From: an uncultured Verrucomicrobiae bacterium
Lineage (GTDB): Bacteria > Verrucomicrobiota > Verrucomicrobiia > Chthoniobacterales > JAFAMB01
Assembly (NCBI GenBank): GCA_963762565.1
Contig: CAVXLD010000005.1
Span: forward strand, 512,001 to 576,000
Direction: 5' to 3'
Length of the DNA: 64,000 bases
Shown here: positions 43,142 to 53,316 of the stretch, in pieces
Position numbering within the stretch: position 1 is the stretch's first letter
Layout of the letters: each line of letters starts with the position of its first letter
Notes under the pieces: model-generated
Told to the model about the DNA's origin: nothing
Seen by the model: the letters and a program-made list of their open reading frames with translations, nothing else
The model's database searches: none
Position numbers and translations under genes: made by a program

Positions 43142-44164
43142 TCAGTTCTCCATCATAAGAACAGCGCGAAAGCGCACCTTGCCGCTGTTCATGCGTTCGT
43201 AAGCGTCGGCCACGCGGCTAAATGGAAATTTCTCGATCATGGGATGTACATCGCTCAGTGCACTGAATTCCAATGTGTCCTGAGAGTCCCTGGCGGTGCC
43301 GGAATACCAGCCCAAGATTTGCCGGCGGCCCATTATCAACGGAAACACGCTAACGGTGAGCGGATCGTTGGGCGCGGCCGGAATTAGGAGATTGCCGTTT
43401 ATACCCAGTCCGCCGACTACGTCAGAGATTGCCTTCGCGCTTGGCGCCGTTGCCAAAATCACGCGCGCACCGCCAAGCTTCTGCAGTTCACCCACCGTAT
43501 CGACGGCAGACGAATCGACGTAGTGATGTGCGCCGAGTTTTTTTGCGAGCGGTTCTATGTCTTTGCCGCGTCCGAGAGCAATGGTTTTAAATCCCATTTT
43601 GCGGGCGTACTGCACACCGAGATGCCCGAGACCGCCAATTCCCTGCACCGCGACGACGTCACCAGGACGTGCGCCGGAGTTACGAAGGGCGTTGAAGACC
43701 GTCACGCCCGCGCACATGAATGGTCCGGCTTCTTCCGCCGGTAATTGGTCGGGAATCGCTGCGAGTGTTTCCGCGGGTACGACGACGTATTCGGCGTAAC
43801 CCCCGTCGTAGTCGATACCTGTCACCTTTCGATTAACGCACATTGCGAAATCCCCATGTCGACACTCATCGCATACGAAATCATGGCCACCGTGCCAGCC
43901 GACGCCCACCCGATCGCCTATTTTCCAGGTCGTGACCCCCTCTCCCAGAGCGTTAAGATGGCCAGCGATTTCGTGGCCCGGGACGCGTGGATATTGCAGG
44001 GCCGGCCACAGGCCTTCTTTTACAAAGATATCGCTATGGCAGACTCCACAAGCCTCGACCTTTAGGCGAACCTGGCCCGGGCCCGGTTCGGGAATATCGC
44101 GTTCAACCAACTCGAAATTCCCACCCGGCTTGCTAATCTGAGCGACTTTCATTTTCGTATTCAT
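43142..44164 (-). CDS. Zinc-dependent alcohol dehydrogenase
   Basis: CGVCHSD, PGHE, CDECRHG...C, CAGVTVFN, GIGGLGHLG. Confidence 0.95.
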   Translation of the reverse strand: MNTKMKVAQISKPGGNFELVERDIPEPGPGQVRLKVEACGVCHSDIFVKEGLWPALQYPRVPGHEIAGHLNALGEGVTTWKIGDRVGVGWHGGHDFVCDECRHGDFAMCVNRKVTGIDYDGGYAEYVVVPAETLAAIPDQLPAEEAGPFMCAGVTVFNALRNSGARPGDVVAVQGIGGLGHLGVQYARKMGFKTIALGRGKDIEPLAKKLGAHHYVDSSAVDTVGELQKLGGARVILATAPSAKAISDVVGGLGINGNLLIPAAPNDPLTVSVFPLIMGRRQILGWYSGTARDSQDTLEFSALSDVHPMIEKFPFSRVADAYERMNSGKVRFRAVLMMEN

Positions 44165-44267
44165 GACGAGTTTAGTGACTAACCTTTCTTGTCTAACTTT
44201 TGAGAAAAAGAGATCGATCCAATTACTTCATATGTTAAGTTGACTGCAGCCGTAGGAGCTCTGATTA

Positions 44268-45116
44268 CTAGTCTGATGCCGCACCTATCTGGCCCACATA
44301 ATATCCCAGGCGAGTTTCGACATCGCCGGGCTGGTGGAAGCCGCGCTGCATTAATGCCTTGAATCTCGTTTGATGAGCAGGGCGGTTAATCGAAGCCGCA
44401 AAAGCGGCCCATTCAGGCACGATCTCGGCGTCGCTTGGCAGGCTAGCGATATTGACTAGACGCTTTGTTTCCGCGATGGCCCATTTGTCGAAGGAAGCAA
44501 TCCGGATAGAAAGCGCCTCGACAAAGGAGTCTAGCTCTGCGTCCGGGAAAGCCCGATTAACATAGCCATAGCGTTCGGCGAGGTCGCCTGAAATATCGTC
44601 TGCTCCAAGCAGTACTTCTAACGCACGTCCTCTGCCTATGAGCCGGGGTAGTCGTGCCATGGGGCCGCCGCCTGGAACTAAACCGGCACCGACCTCCCAT
44701 TGTGATAAGATTGCCTTTTCCCGGCTCGCAAACCGCATATCGCTAGCGAGCGCGAGCTCGCTTCCGACCCCGGTAGCGCGCCCGCGAATCGAGGCGATGG
44801 ATACAACCGGAGCGCGGCTCAGCCGTGCCAGCATGTCGGGAAGCGGCTGCAGACCTGTCTCGCCAGAAGACAAAGATGTCTGGTCTTCCGGCTTTGCCAG
44901 GAAATCCCAGTGCGTTAGAAAGAAGCCTTCAACCGCGCTGTCAAAAACCACAACCTTTACCCGCTCATCAGTTTCGACTTTGGATATAACTTCATTAAGT
45001 TGGGAGAGGTTCTTCGGGCCGAAGATGTTTAGAGGCGGCAGGTTAAAAGTAACTCGCCAATAAGCTGGCGAGCGTTGTTCAAGACGGATCTGCTTGGTAG
45101 TAGTTATGTCGCTCAT
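44268..45116 (-). CDS. Enoyl-CoA hydratase/isomerase family protein, paralogue of 41250-42092
   Basis: RSPAYWRVT, IRGRATGVGSE, QWEVGAG, GRGRALEVLL. Confidence 0.9.
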   Translation of the reverse strand: MSDITTTKQIRLEQRSPAYWRVTFNLPPLNIFGPKNLSQLNEVISKVETDERVKVVVFDSAVEGFFLTHWDFLAKPEDQTSLSSGETGLQPLPDMLARLSRAPVVSIASIRGRATGVGSELALASDMRFASREKAILSQWEVGAGLVPGGGPMARLPRLIGRGRALEVLLGADDISGDLAERYGYVNRAFPDAELDSFVEALSIRIASFDKWAIAETKRLVNIASLPSDAEIVPEWAAFAASINRPAHQTRFKALMQRGFHQPGDVETRLGYYVGQIGAASD

Positions 45117-45144
45117 GTTTGTCTCAGTGCTTGGACCCTCCTTT

Positions 45145-45285
45145 AACAGGTTGCATGCCAACCTCTGCTTGTTGCTACTTCGCCCGGCGATCAGGCAGTT
45201 ATGCAGAGAATACTCGTTAGCAAATCTTGGTACGAAGTTTCGGAACCTCGGATTTTAGGTTGACCAAATCCGAAATGTCGAACTA
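45145..45285 (-). promoter_or_regulatory. Duplicated regulatory block, copy 2
   Basis: Minus TTGGCATGCAACCTGTT; boxes GTACGAAGTTTCGG and TCCGAAATGTCGAACTA. Confidence 0.65.
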
Positions 45286-45396
45286 ACCAAGCAGAACCTG
45301 TCTGCCATAGTTTAGCCGCGACGAAGGCTGGGTTTCAAGATAGTCCAACAAACTGTTGAAAAAGGCGTGAGTTTCTGACTGGGTGGGTCAGGCGTA

Positions 45397-46815
45397 TTAG
45401 ATGAGAGTGAAACAGAATGTAGTTCCCGGGCCATTGTTGGGCTGAGCGATGAGCTGTCCTCCATGGTTGTTGATGATCGAGCGGCTGATCGAAAGGCCCA
45501 TACCCATGCCATTGGTTTTCGTCGTGTAAAACGGCTGAAAGATCGATTCCAGCTTCTCTTGCTCAATGCCAACTCCGTTATCTTTTACTTCTACTCGGAG
45601 ACCCCCAGATTCGGGACGGGTCAGGATGATTAGCTCTCTTGGTCGATCGAGGACGTCGGCCAACGCATCGGCTGCGTTTAAGATAAGGTTGAGGAGAACC
45701 TGCTGGAGCTGAACAGAATCGCCTTGAACGATGGGAAGTCGCTCGGATAAGTCCATTGTGAGCAAGACATGATTCCTATCGAGCTCGTGCCGTACTAACG
45801 ACACAATTCCTTCCACGACTTCATTTATCTTAAGGGATGTCTTTTCCCCCCCGCTTGCCTTGAAGAAATTGCGCAGTCGCAAAATCACGTCACGAGCTCG
45901 TTGACCGTCCCTGATCATTCGTTCGATGGACTGACGTACCTCCTCAAGATTTTGGGAACAAGATTCGCCGCCAGCCAGCCATCGGAGACAGGCATTTCCA
46001 TTCGTCAAGACGCCGGAAAGCGGTTGGTTTACCTCGTGCGCGATCGTCGCCGCCAGCCCACCCATAGTTGTGATTCTGCTAATTCGCGCGAGGTCGTGCT
46101 GGGCTTTCCGAAGAGATTCTTCAGTCTGTTTCCGCTGGCTCATCTCCGAAAGAACGCGATTGTTGGCTTCGATTTGTTGCGCCACTGCCACCTGGAGTGA
46201 GGCCGTTCGCTCGTCAACCAAGCGTTCTAGCTCCTCTCGGCGTTTCGCTTCCGTATAGATAATCTCCAGATGCAATTCGACGATGTCCCGGAACTGGGTG
46301 ATTAAGCGTTTGTACTTCTCAGAATATGAATTCGTTTTGCAATCGAAAACGCACATAGTCCCGAAAGGCCTCCCGTCAGGCCAACGAATGAGATATCCCA
46401 GATAGGATATCAGATTCAGGCTGACCTGCGGATTGTTTCTCCACGCCTCATCAAAGAGCGCGTTGGGAACCAACAGCTCGTGATTCTTGGTAACAACCGT
46501 TTCGCAATAGAGGCCAGAGTTCCAAAATTGCTGGCAGTCTCCACGATGGTAAGGATTTCCCTCCGTGCCGCTCGAGACAAAAACGTGTATCTCCTCACCC
46601 ACGATCCGCGTGATCAGAGCTGCGGGCACATCGAGCATCTCCGCCATCAGATTCACAATATTTTGCCACTTTTCCAAAATTGTGTCTGGAATCGGTGGTT
46701 CCGGATGATGGCCTTGCGAAAGCAAAACGTCGTTCCGGCTTTCCTGACTTGACAATTCGTCGCCAATTACAAAGACGAGAGGATTTTTCTCATTCGGTAG
46801 ATTGCTGGCATTCAC
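45397..46815 (-). CDS. Cytoplasmic GAF sensor histidine kinase (NodV/FixL-type core)
   Basis: GLYCETVV, YLGYLIRWPDGRPFGTMC, IAHEVNQPL, QQVLLNLILNA, DNGVG, GMGMGLSISRSI. Confidence 0.93.
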   Translation of the reverse strand: MNASNLPNEKNPLVFVIGDELSSQESRNDVLLSQGHHPEPPIPDTILEKWQNIVNLMAEMLDVPAALITRIVGEEIHVFVSSGTEGNPYHRGDCQQFWNSGLYCETVVTKNHELLVPNALFDEAWRNNPQVSLNLISYLGYLIRWPDGRPFGTMCVFDCKTNSYSEKYKRLITQFRDIVELHLEIIYTEAKRREELERLVDERTASLQVAVAQQIEANNRVLSEMSQRKQTEESLRKAQHDLARISRITTMGGLAATIAHEVNQPLSGVLTNGNACLRWLAGGESCSQNLEEVRQSIERMIRDGQRARDVILRLRNFFKASGGEKTSLKINEVVEGIVSLVRHELDRNHVLLTMDLSERLPIVQGDSVQLQQVLLNLILNAADALADVLDRPRELIILTRPESGGLRVEVKDNGVGIEQEKLESIFQPFYTTKTNGMGMGLSISRSIINNHGGQLIAQPNNGPGTTFCFTLI

Positions 46816-46917
46816 GGTTACTCCTTTGCCTTACAAATCAGACGCCAGGAGTGATCGGAGTTCTATTGGACCTTGGTCCAAGAACGCTACGACGTAGGGC
46901 TCAACATCGCCTAGCTC

Positions 46918-48591
46918 TCAGCCGCCTGTCCTTTGGGTGTGCGCCGGCAACACGAACTGGAAGGTTGCGCCAAGACCCGCATTCGGCGTTGCCCATAGTC
47001 GTCCACCATGCGCTTCCACGATAGAACGACTGATGGCCAAACCCATACCCATGCCTTCCGCTTTTGTTGTGTAAAAGGCTTCGAAAAGCTTCGGCTGGTC
47101 CTGCGCCGACAGGCCGACACCTGAGTCCGTCACGGCGATCTGAACGAACGCCTTGCCCTCCGAGAGATGCGACTGTGCCTCGATAGCGAGATGCCGGCAG
47201 TCTTCTGGAACTTGGTGCATCGCCTCCATGGCGTTTATCACCAGGTTCAATAATACCTGCTGTAGCTGGATCCTGTCCCCCCTGACCGGGGGCAGATTGT
47301 CGGATAAAACGGCTTTAAGTACGATGCGGCGTCCATTTAACTCACGTCGAATTAACGGCAAGATGTCAGCGACCAGGTCCTTGACCTCCAAAACCACCGT
47401 CTCAGGAACGGCCTTCTTCGAAAGCGCCCGAATCTGCGTAATGATAGCGCTCGCTCGATTGGCATCATCTACAATCTCCGACAAGGCGGTGGCGATGTCG
47501 GTTACGTCAGCGGACCCGGTTGTGATAAGTCTTAGGCACGCATTTCCATAATTAACGATTGCTCCAAGTGGCTGATTAATCTCATGGGCGATCGAGGCGG
47601 TTATCTCGCCCATCGTCATAATTCGCGTTATATGGGCCAGTTCAGCCTCTCTCGAGCGCAGCTCTTCTTGCGCTTGCTTTAGCTCCGTGATGTCCGTGGC
47701 GATACCACAAATCGCGTACGGCTCGTTGACTTGATCGCGCAGCAGAAATTTAACGACGACATAGTAACGGGCGCCTAGCCTCGATGGCACAACTTCTTCA
47801 AACTGCAAAGGCCCACCGGTTTCCATGACTTGCCGATCGTTAGCTCTCAGCGTTTCGGCCACATCATGCGGGTGAATGCTGAAATCGGTTTTACCTCGGA
47901 TTTGATCGCGTCCAATGTCAAAAAGGCGTTCATATTCGCGGTTGACTAGAACGTACCTGAGCTCCAGATCCTTGATGAAAACGAGTGCGGTTGTGTTGTC
48001 GACGATTGCTTGCAAACGCTGCTCGCTCACTCGAAGGGCCTCCTCCGATCGCTTGCGGTCCGTAACATCGCGTACGATGCCAGTGAAGAAATGCTTGTCT
48101 TTGCGCACGTCCTCGCCAAACGAGATCTCGATTGGGAATTCTCGACCGCTCTTGTGTAAGCCGACCAGTTCAACGGCTCTCCAGCGGATGTGCTTTTGAC
48201 CCGTGGTCAAATACCTCCTAAAAGAGGTCAGATGACTCTGTCGGAAACGCTCGGGCATGAGAACGGTAAGGTTTTTGTCCAGCATCTCGGCTGGCTCGTA
48301 GCCAAACATTTGCCCAGCGGCGGGATTTACGTACCGAATGGTGCTTTGGTCATCGATAGAAATGATCCCGTCTGAGGCCGCCTCCGCTAGAGTGTTGAAC
48401 CGGCTTTCGTTATCGGTCTCTTGCTCGAACTCGCCGCCGTGAGCAACCGTCTCTAGCTCATCGAGAACACTGGACAGGAGGTCGACAGCCTGCCGTACCC
48501 GGCTCTCGCTGCCGGGCGGGCCGAGCCCCGCCAGCTCCGACAGGCGCTGCCGGGCCGCCGCGATGCGCTCAATGGAGACTCTCCCCTTCAT
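46918..48591 (-). CDS. Double-PAS sensor histidine kinase
   Basis: Two PAS/PAC repeats; IAHEINQPL; GMGMGLAISRSIVEAHGG. Confidence 0.94.
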   Translation of the reverse strand: MKGRVSIERIAAARQRLSELAGLGPPGSESRVRQAVDLLSSVLDELETVAHGGEFEQETDNESRFNTLAEAASDGIISIDDQSTIRYVNPAAGQMFGYEPAEMLDKNLTVLMPERFRQSHLTSFRRYLTTGQKHIRWRAVELVGLHKSGREFPIEISFGEDVRKDKHFFTGIVRDVTDRKRSEEALRVSEQRLQAIVDNTTALVFIKDLELRYVLVNREYERLFDIGRDQIRGKTDFSIHPHDVAETLRANDRQVMETGGPLQFEEVVPSRLGARYYVVVKFLLRDQVNEPYAICGIATDITELKQAQEELRSREAELAHITRIMTMGEITASIAHEINQPLGAIVNYGNACLRLITTGSADVTDIATALSEIVDDANRASAIITQIRALSKKAVPETVVLEVKDLVADILPLIRRELNGRRIVLKAVLSDNLPPVRGDRIQLQQVLLNLVINAMEAMHQVPEDCRHLAIEAQSHLSEGKAFVQIAVTDSGVGLSAQDQPKLFEAFYTTKAEGMGMGLAISRSIVEAHGGRLWATPNAGLGATFQFVLPAHTQRTGG

Positions 48592-48688
48592 TCAAACCTT
48601 GTCTGGCCCAAGAAAATACGCCAGGCGGTTTCTGCAAGCCAAATCATTTCTCCCATCAGCAGCTGCCGGTCGCATGTAGGAGCGATCC

Positions 48689-48728
48689 AGCCTAGGACCA
48701 AAGTCCAATAGCCTAGGACCAAAGTCCA
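48689..48728 (+). promoter_or_regulatory. Tandem 19-bp direct repeat with 21-bp period; probable response-regulator site
   Basis: AGCCTAGGACCAAAGTCCA x2; related site at 46863-46881 on the minus strand. Confidence 0.7.
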
Positions 48729-48795
48729 TCCGGTAACAGGCTATCGCGTGCGCTATTGTGCAACCCTGAAGAAGTCTATAAATCGAACAATCAAA

Positions 48796-49200
48796 GTGCC
48801 GAATAATAGCGCCAACCCAACCGCCCCGTTGGTTTGCATAGTGGACGACGACTCCTCGATGGCAGACTCGACCCGATTCCTTGTCCGCTCTTTTGGCTTC
48901 AGGGCAGAAGCCTTTCTGTCTGCTCAGCAGTTTCTGGATTCAGGCCTGGTCGAAGAGACGAAGTGCTTGATTCTAATCCTCGACCTGCGGATGCCCGGAA
49001 TTGACGGCTTGGAATTGCAACGAAATCTGGCAAGCGCTAACAAACGCATTCCGATCATTTTTATCTCTGCCCGTGCGACCGACCAGGAGCGGACAGAAGC
49101 CATCGCCGGAGGTGCCGTGGATTTCCTGTGCAAGCCGTTCAGAGAAGATGCATTGTTCAACGCACTCCAAGTAGCGTTGACTCAACGGAATTCAGGATAG
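48796..49200 (+). CDS. Single-domain response regulator
   Basis: IVDDD, LDLRMPGIDG, FISA, LCKPF. Confidence 0.92.
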   Translation: MPNNSANPTAPLVCIVDDDSSMADSTRFLVRSFGFRAEAFLSAQQFLDSGLVEETKCLILILDLRMPGIDGLELQRNLASANKRIPIIFISARATDQERTEAIAGGAVDFLCKPFREDALFNALQVALTQRNSG

Positions 49201-49279
49201 CTAAGAGCACAATTTTTTGGTAAGTGGCAGAGAGAAGATTTCTATTTGCTTCTGCAATTTGCTATCCTCAGCGCTAAAC

Positions 49280-49897
49280 GTGAAAGAGCCGGGAGATCCA
49301 TCGCTGGTGTTTGTCGTTGACGACGACAGCTCTTTTCGCAGATCCACTGAGTTTTTGATTCGGTCGGCTGGTTTAGACGCCCAAGGCTTCGGGTCGGCGG
49401 AGGAATTCTTGCGGAGTCATCGACCGGACGTGCCTTCGTGTCTAATACTCGATGTTCGGTTGCCGCATCTAAGTGGCCTAGACCTACAGCGGCAATTGTT
49501 CAAAATCGACGAACAAATCCCGATCATTTTCATTACCGGTCACGGTGACATCCCGATGACGGTCCAAGCCATGAAGTCCGGCGCGGCTGAATTTCTGACT
49601 AAGCCGTTCCGGGAACAGGAACTTTTAGACGCCGTCCGTCGAGCCATCGATTCTGACCGAGCTGCACGTTTGCGGCGGGCAAAGCTGGCGGATTTGCGCG
49701 GACGATATGAATCGCTCACGCCGCGCGAGCGTGAAGTAATGGGGCGGGTTGTACGGGGGATGCTCAACAAGCAGATCGCCGGCGAAATCGGTACCGCGGA
49801 AAAAACCGTGAAGGTGCATCGAGGCCACATCATGCAGAAAATGCAGGCAAAGTCTTTGGCCGAACTCGTGCAGATGAGTCAAAGGCTGCTCGGTTAA
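49280..49897 (+). CDS. FixJ/NodW-type response regulator (LuxR HTH)
   Basis: [46 protein letters not shown]. Confidence 0.95.
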   Translation: MKEPGDPSLVFVVDDDSSFRRSTEFLIRSAGLDAQGFGSAEEFLRSHRPDVPSCLILDVRLPHLSGLDLQRQLFKIDEQIPIIFITGHGDIPMTVQAMKSGAAEFLTKPFREQELLDAVRRAIDSDRAARLRRAKLADLRGRYESLTPREREVMGRVVRGMLNKQIAGEIGTAEKTVKVHRGHIMQKMQAKSLAELVQMSQRLLG

Positions 49898-50101
49898 CCT
49901 TGGGGTACGTATTTCGCTCATCGAAACCAGGCCGACGTCGCGGAGGTTTTCAACTCGTCGCTTAACTGCTTCTTCGGGAGAAGATGCTTTCTCCCTGTCG
50001 AGGCCCAAAGCGGTCTCTCCTTCCGCTCGCATCACCAATGACGTCTTAGCCACAGTGAGGGGGTTTTGATGATTACGTCCTACTCCTGCCTCGATTCAAA
50101 A

Positions 50102-50123
50102 AAGTGTCCAAGAAGTGTCCAAG
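50102..50123 (+). repeat. Tandem 11-bp repeat, candidate integrase arm-type sites
   Basis: AAGTGTCCAAG x2, about 55 bp from the att site. Confidence 0.5.
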
Positions 50124-50176
50124 CAAGTTGTATGAGCGAAGCTGAGCTTAATCGGTAAGTCCTTGACTATGAGGCT

Positions 50177-50224
50177 TGCACCCGGCAGGGCTCGAACCTG
50201 CAACCCTATGATCCGAAGTCATAG
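50177..50224 (-). other. att site: 3' half of tRNA-Arg(UCG), not a full tRNA
   Basis: Minus CTATGA-CTTCGGA-TCATAGGGTTGCAGGTTCGAGCCCTGCCGGGTGCA; anticodon arm and T arm present, D arm and 5' acceptor strand absent. Confidence 0.85.
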
Positions 50225-50691
50225 ACTGTAGAGTCGTGGCAGCCGTAAAAAAAAAGGCTGGTACTTCGATACTGATCACGCGGCCCGTGACGCGCGGGTC
50301 CACAGCACGCCGCGACGGAGGGCACGGCGTTGGGGAATGTCCATCGCTCGGCGCCAGGCGCTCCAAGGTCGCGGCCGGCAAAGGAGAAACGCCCGACTAA
50401 TGCGCCGCCCGGACAACCGATGTGAGAATAGATCGGAAGCGTCCTGAGTTGGGATGGTTAAGAATTTACGCGGCCAAGGGCCCCAGCGATGATTCAGTCG
50501 ATGGATGATGCATCGACAGGTAAATACCGATGAGCGCCTCCGGTCGTGGAAAGGTGAAAGTTGAAAGGAGCTAGGTCGTAGGAGAATCGCAAAAAATCGG
50601 AGGATCTTTATCCGGTTTTTTTGTTTTATAATTTGAGAGAACCTAGAAGTAGAATGACTGAGATGGCACAGCCACCGAGTGTCGAGGTAAC

Positions 50692-51117
50692 ATGAAATCA
50701 AAAACGGCAAAAAGAGCAGCCGCTTTGCAACAGTTCTTTGCCAGAAAAAGCGTCACTCACACCAAATTCTCTCAATCAATGGGAGAAAGCGTCCTATCTG
50801 CTTTAGAAATAGTGGTTAAGACAGCGGACATAACCGAAGAGGACTATGGCGGGGTATGGTACATAAAAGGAAACATTGGAGCAACGCACCAAACCAAAGC
50901 TTCGCTATTGGAACGGATCTCTGGGTTAAGAAACCAAGTAAAACAAGAAAGAGCGGCTGACGCTAGTCTATGCGACTTCTGCCTGCGAGGCGTATCTACC
51001 TGCCTTGACCGAGAACAGGTTCCGCAAACTAACATACAAGAACTGGAAGACGTGCTTGACGCAATACTTCGGGGTATAGCGCATGAGGCAGACGAAACGC
51101 TCTTAAGCCAGCTATAA
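50692..51117 (+). CDS. Unknown protein, paralogue of 36294-36701
   Basis: GAGGT upstream of ATG; conserved with the other copy. Confidence 0.8.
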   Translation: MKSKTAKRAAALQQFFARKSVTHTKFSQSMGESVLSALEIVVKTADITEEDYGGVWYIKGNIGATHQTKASLLERISGLRNQVKQERAADASLCDFCLRGVSTCLDREQVPQTNIQELEDVLDAILRGIAHEADETLLSQL

Positions 51118-51170
51118 GTCGAACAAAGGATTCAAACTCCCGACTTTCCATCTTCTGCGGCAGTGATTGG

Positions 51171-52233
51171 TCATTTCACGATTTTGAACTGCACCTCGGA
51201 ACGGAGCTCAATAGCGTTCAGTTCGTCGACAGCGACCAGCAGATGCTCTGCGAGCTCGGCGTCGGTGAATCCAAGCTCTGATCGATATGTTGAAAGAATT
51301 TCTGCCAGCAGAGTCGGCTGCTCTGGTTTTAGTTTATCGTCGTAGGGTTCACGCTCTTTCATTCCTTCCCGTGACATCTTTGCCCAGTAGTAACGTGCTG
51401 TTGATCTCGTAGATAGCCCCCATGGCCTCTGCGCGCTTGACAAGCGCCTGCATTGACACTCCCCAGTAAAGCTTCAGGCGGGCAAGGCGGTCCATGGACA
51501 AAGGTCTAAAACTTGATTCAATTTCCAAAGCGGGCGTCAAGAATTCTGCCGCAAACTGGAATGCCTCCCTGTTCTTGTTCGGGATCCGGCAGCGTGTTAC
51601 GGTGCATGATTAGATGACCAAGCTCGTGGACGATGGTCGTTCGCTGTCGCACGGCCGAAAGAGAACTATTAACGAAGATGACGGGAGTGCTGCCGACGAA
51701 CATGCTACAAGCGTCGATTTTCCTTGTTCCAAAATCCATAACCCAGACTACGACTCCCGCGTTTTCAACTAATTGGACCACTTTCTTGATGGGGCCCGGA
51801 GGAATTTTCCAATATCGGCGGAGCAGCCGCGCGATTTCAGCCGGTCCACCGGTCATTTCGTGAGGGTCAACAGATGGCAAACCCGGCGTATCGATTTCTG
51901 TGCTGGTTAAGACCTGTCTGACTCGGATCGTCGCAAGAGTTATCAAAGCCCAAAACCTTCTTTGGACCTGCGCAGGGATGCTGACGCGCTTTCTATATTG
52001 AACAAACGTTGGCGCTTCGATCGGTCCTTGATAGCGGAAAAAACTAACGGGCCTATTAAGGGCCTTTCCGAGGTTCTGTTCCAATTCTAGTGTGGGAGCC
52101 AATAAACCTGTCTCCAGCTTTGATAAGTTCCTTGGGTGATGCCCAGCTTTTCGGCCGAAGAACTCTTCTGGGTCTCACCGATTTCCTCGCGCGCTAAGAC
52201 CAGCATTTCAGGTCTTAGCGGCGCTTTCTCCAT
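51171..52233 (-). CDS. XRE HTH fused to ImmA/IrrE (M78) metallopeptidase, frameshifted
   Basis: MLVLAREE...EKLGITQG HTH; RQRTTIVHELGHLIMH (HExxH); LKLYWGVSMQAL. Confidence 0.88.
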
Positions 52234-52795
52234 CGGAGGGAACAATTCCTCCTTTGAGTCGAACTCTGCGAGGCGAGGGGGCAGTTTTGACATCGGTATC
52301 TCCAAATAGGTCCGGGGTAAGAAGCACGGATCGTTCTGTAATGTCGAGAAACCAATTGTTTTCGAGTGGGGTTTTTGGGTTAACGATGAAAAGGGAATAC
52401 CTTGTGTGGGATTCATTCGGACTATATCCCACGGTGAAGCGAGGATAATATATCAAACCGGGTAGTTCCTGTTGGCTGTCGAAAGCTATCGAAGTTTCAT
52501 TTGGACTGTTTATCGCATGCAGTTCCTCGTCCAATTTCTTGAATTGAATCACGGCCCAGTCCTCTAGGATGAAGAGCCTTCGCGTTCTGTATTCGTGTTC
52601 TTTGACCCCAGGCTGGTCGCGAAAAGACTCTCTGCCTACAATGACGGCTCGATTCTGTATTGCGGTGGCCCGATATCGCGAATCATCAAGCGGGTGCATG
52701 GCATGTCTGAAGTACCATTCCCACGCTTCCCTAAAACAATACCTAAACCATTCAACGTAAGGCTCGAACCGCCGATTTGCTTCGATCTCGGTCAT
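52208..52795 (-). CDS. Hypothetical protein overlapping the XRE-M78 gene; candidate toxin/effector
   Basis: 195-aa ORF containing IQFKKLD...NSPN...F..QQELPG...FTVGY; overlaps the next gene. Confidence 0.7.
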   Translation of the reverse strand: MTEIEANRRFEPYVEWFRYCFREAWEWYFRHAMHPLDDSRYRATAIQNRAVIVGRESFRDQPGVKEHEYRTRRLFILEDWAVIQFKKLDEELHAINSPNETSIAFDSQQELPGLIYYPRFTVGYSPNESHTRYSLFIVNPKTPLENNWFLDITERSVLLTPDLFGDTDVKTAPSPRRVRLKGGIVPSDGESAAKT

Positions 52796-53316
52796 GGTCT
52801 CGGGTTATACGCTGCTAGCGCGAAGCTGTCAAAACAATTGCGAAATATTCCCATAAATATTCCAAACAGGTGATTTGAATGGCCTCCGGACAAAAGACTG
52901 GAGGTTAAGCGGGGCCTCGATCCAGCTTATTTTTTTGTCCTGTGCTCCGGCAATCCGATGCCCTTGAATTTGTCTAAGGCACCCACGAACCTGGCCGTCG
53001 CTCAAGTCGTTGATTCAGTTAGTCGCTTGTAACGATACCCTTGGAATGAGCTCACGCGCGTTCCACATCGAGCTCATTTCGGCACTCAGAGGCGGTTAGA
53101 TTAATGCTCGCCAATTTCTTGAAGAAATTCCGGCCTGACGATCTTACCCGGCCCCGTTTGGGCGGCTTGCATATGAGCTTTTTTCTCGACCGACAGCACG
53201 CAGCCGTTTGTGATGATGTGCTGCTCGGCGATCGACTACCCGACCGCATGAAGCTTCGGCAGAACGAATTTGCTACAAGTATCGGACTCCCTAATCACGA
53301 TTCCCCGTCCCCTCGG

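Noticed and set aside
48689..48728. Mini CRISPR array
   Set aside because: Two 19-bp repeats with a 2-bp spacer; no cas genes or array seen in the window.
53052..53316. Protein-like fragments downstream of abiEii
   Set aside because: Broken frames and no family recognised.
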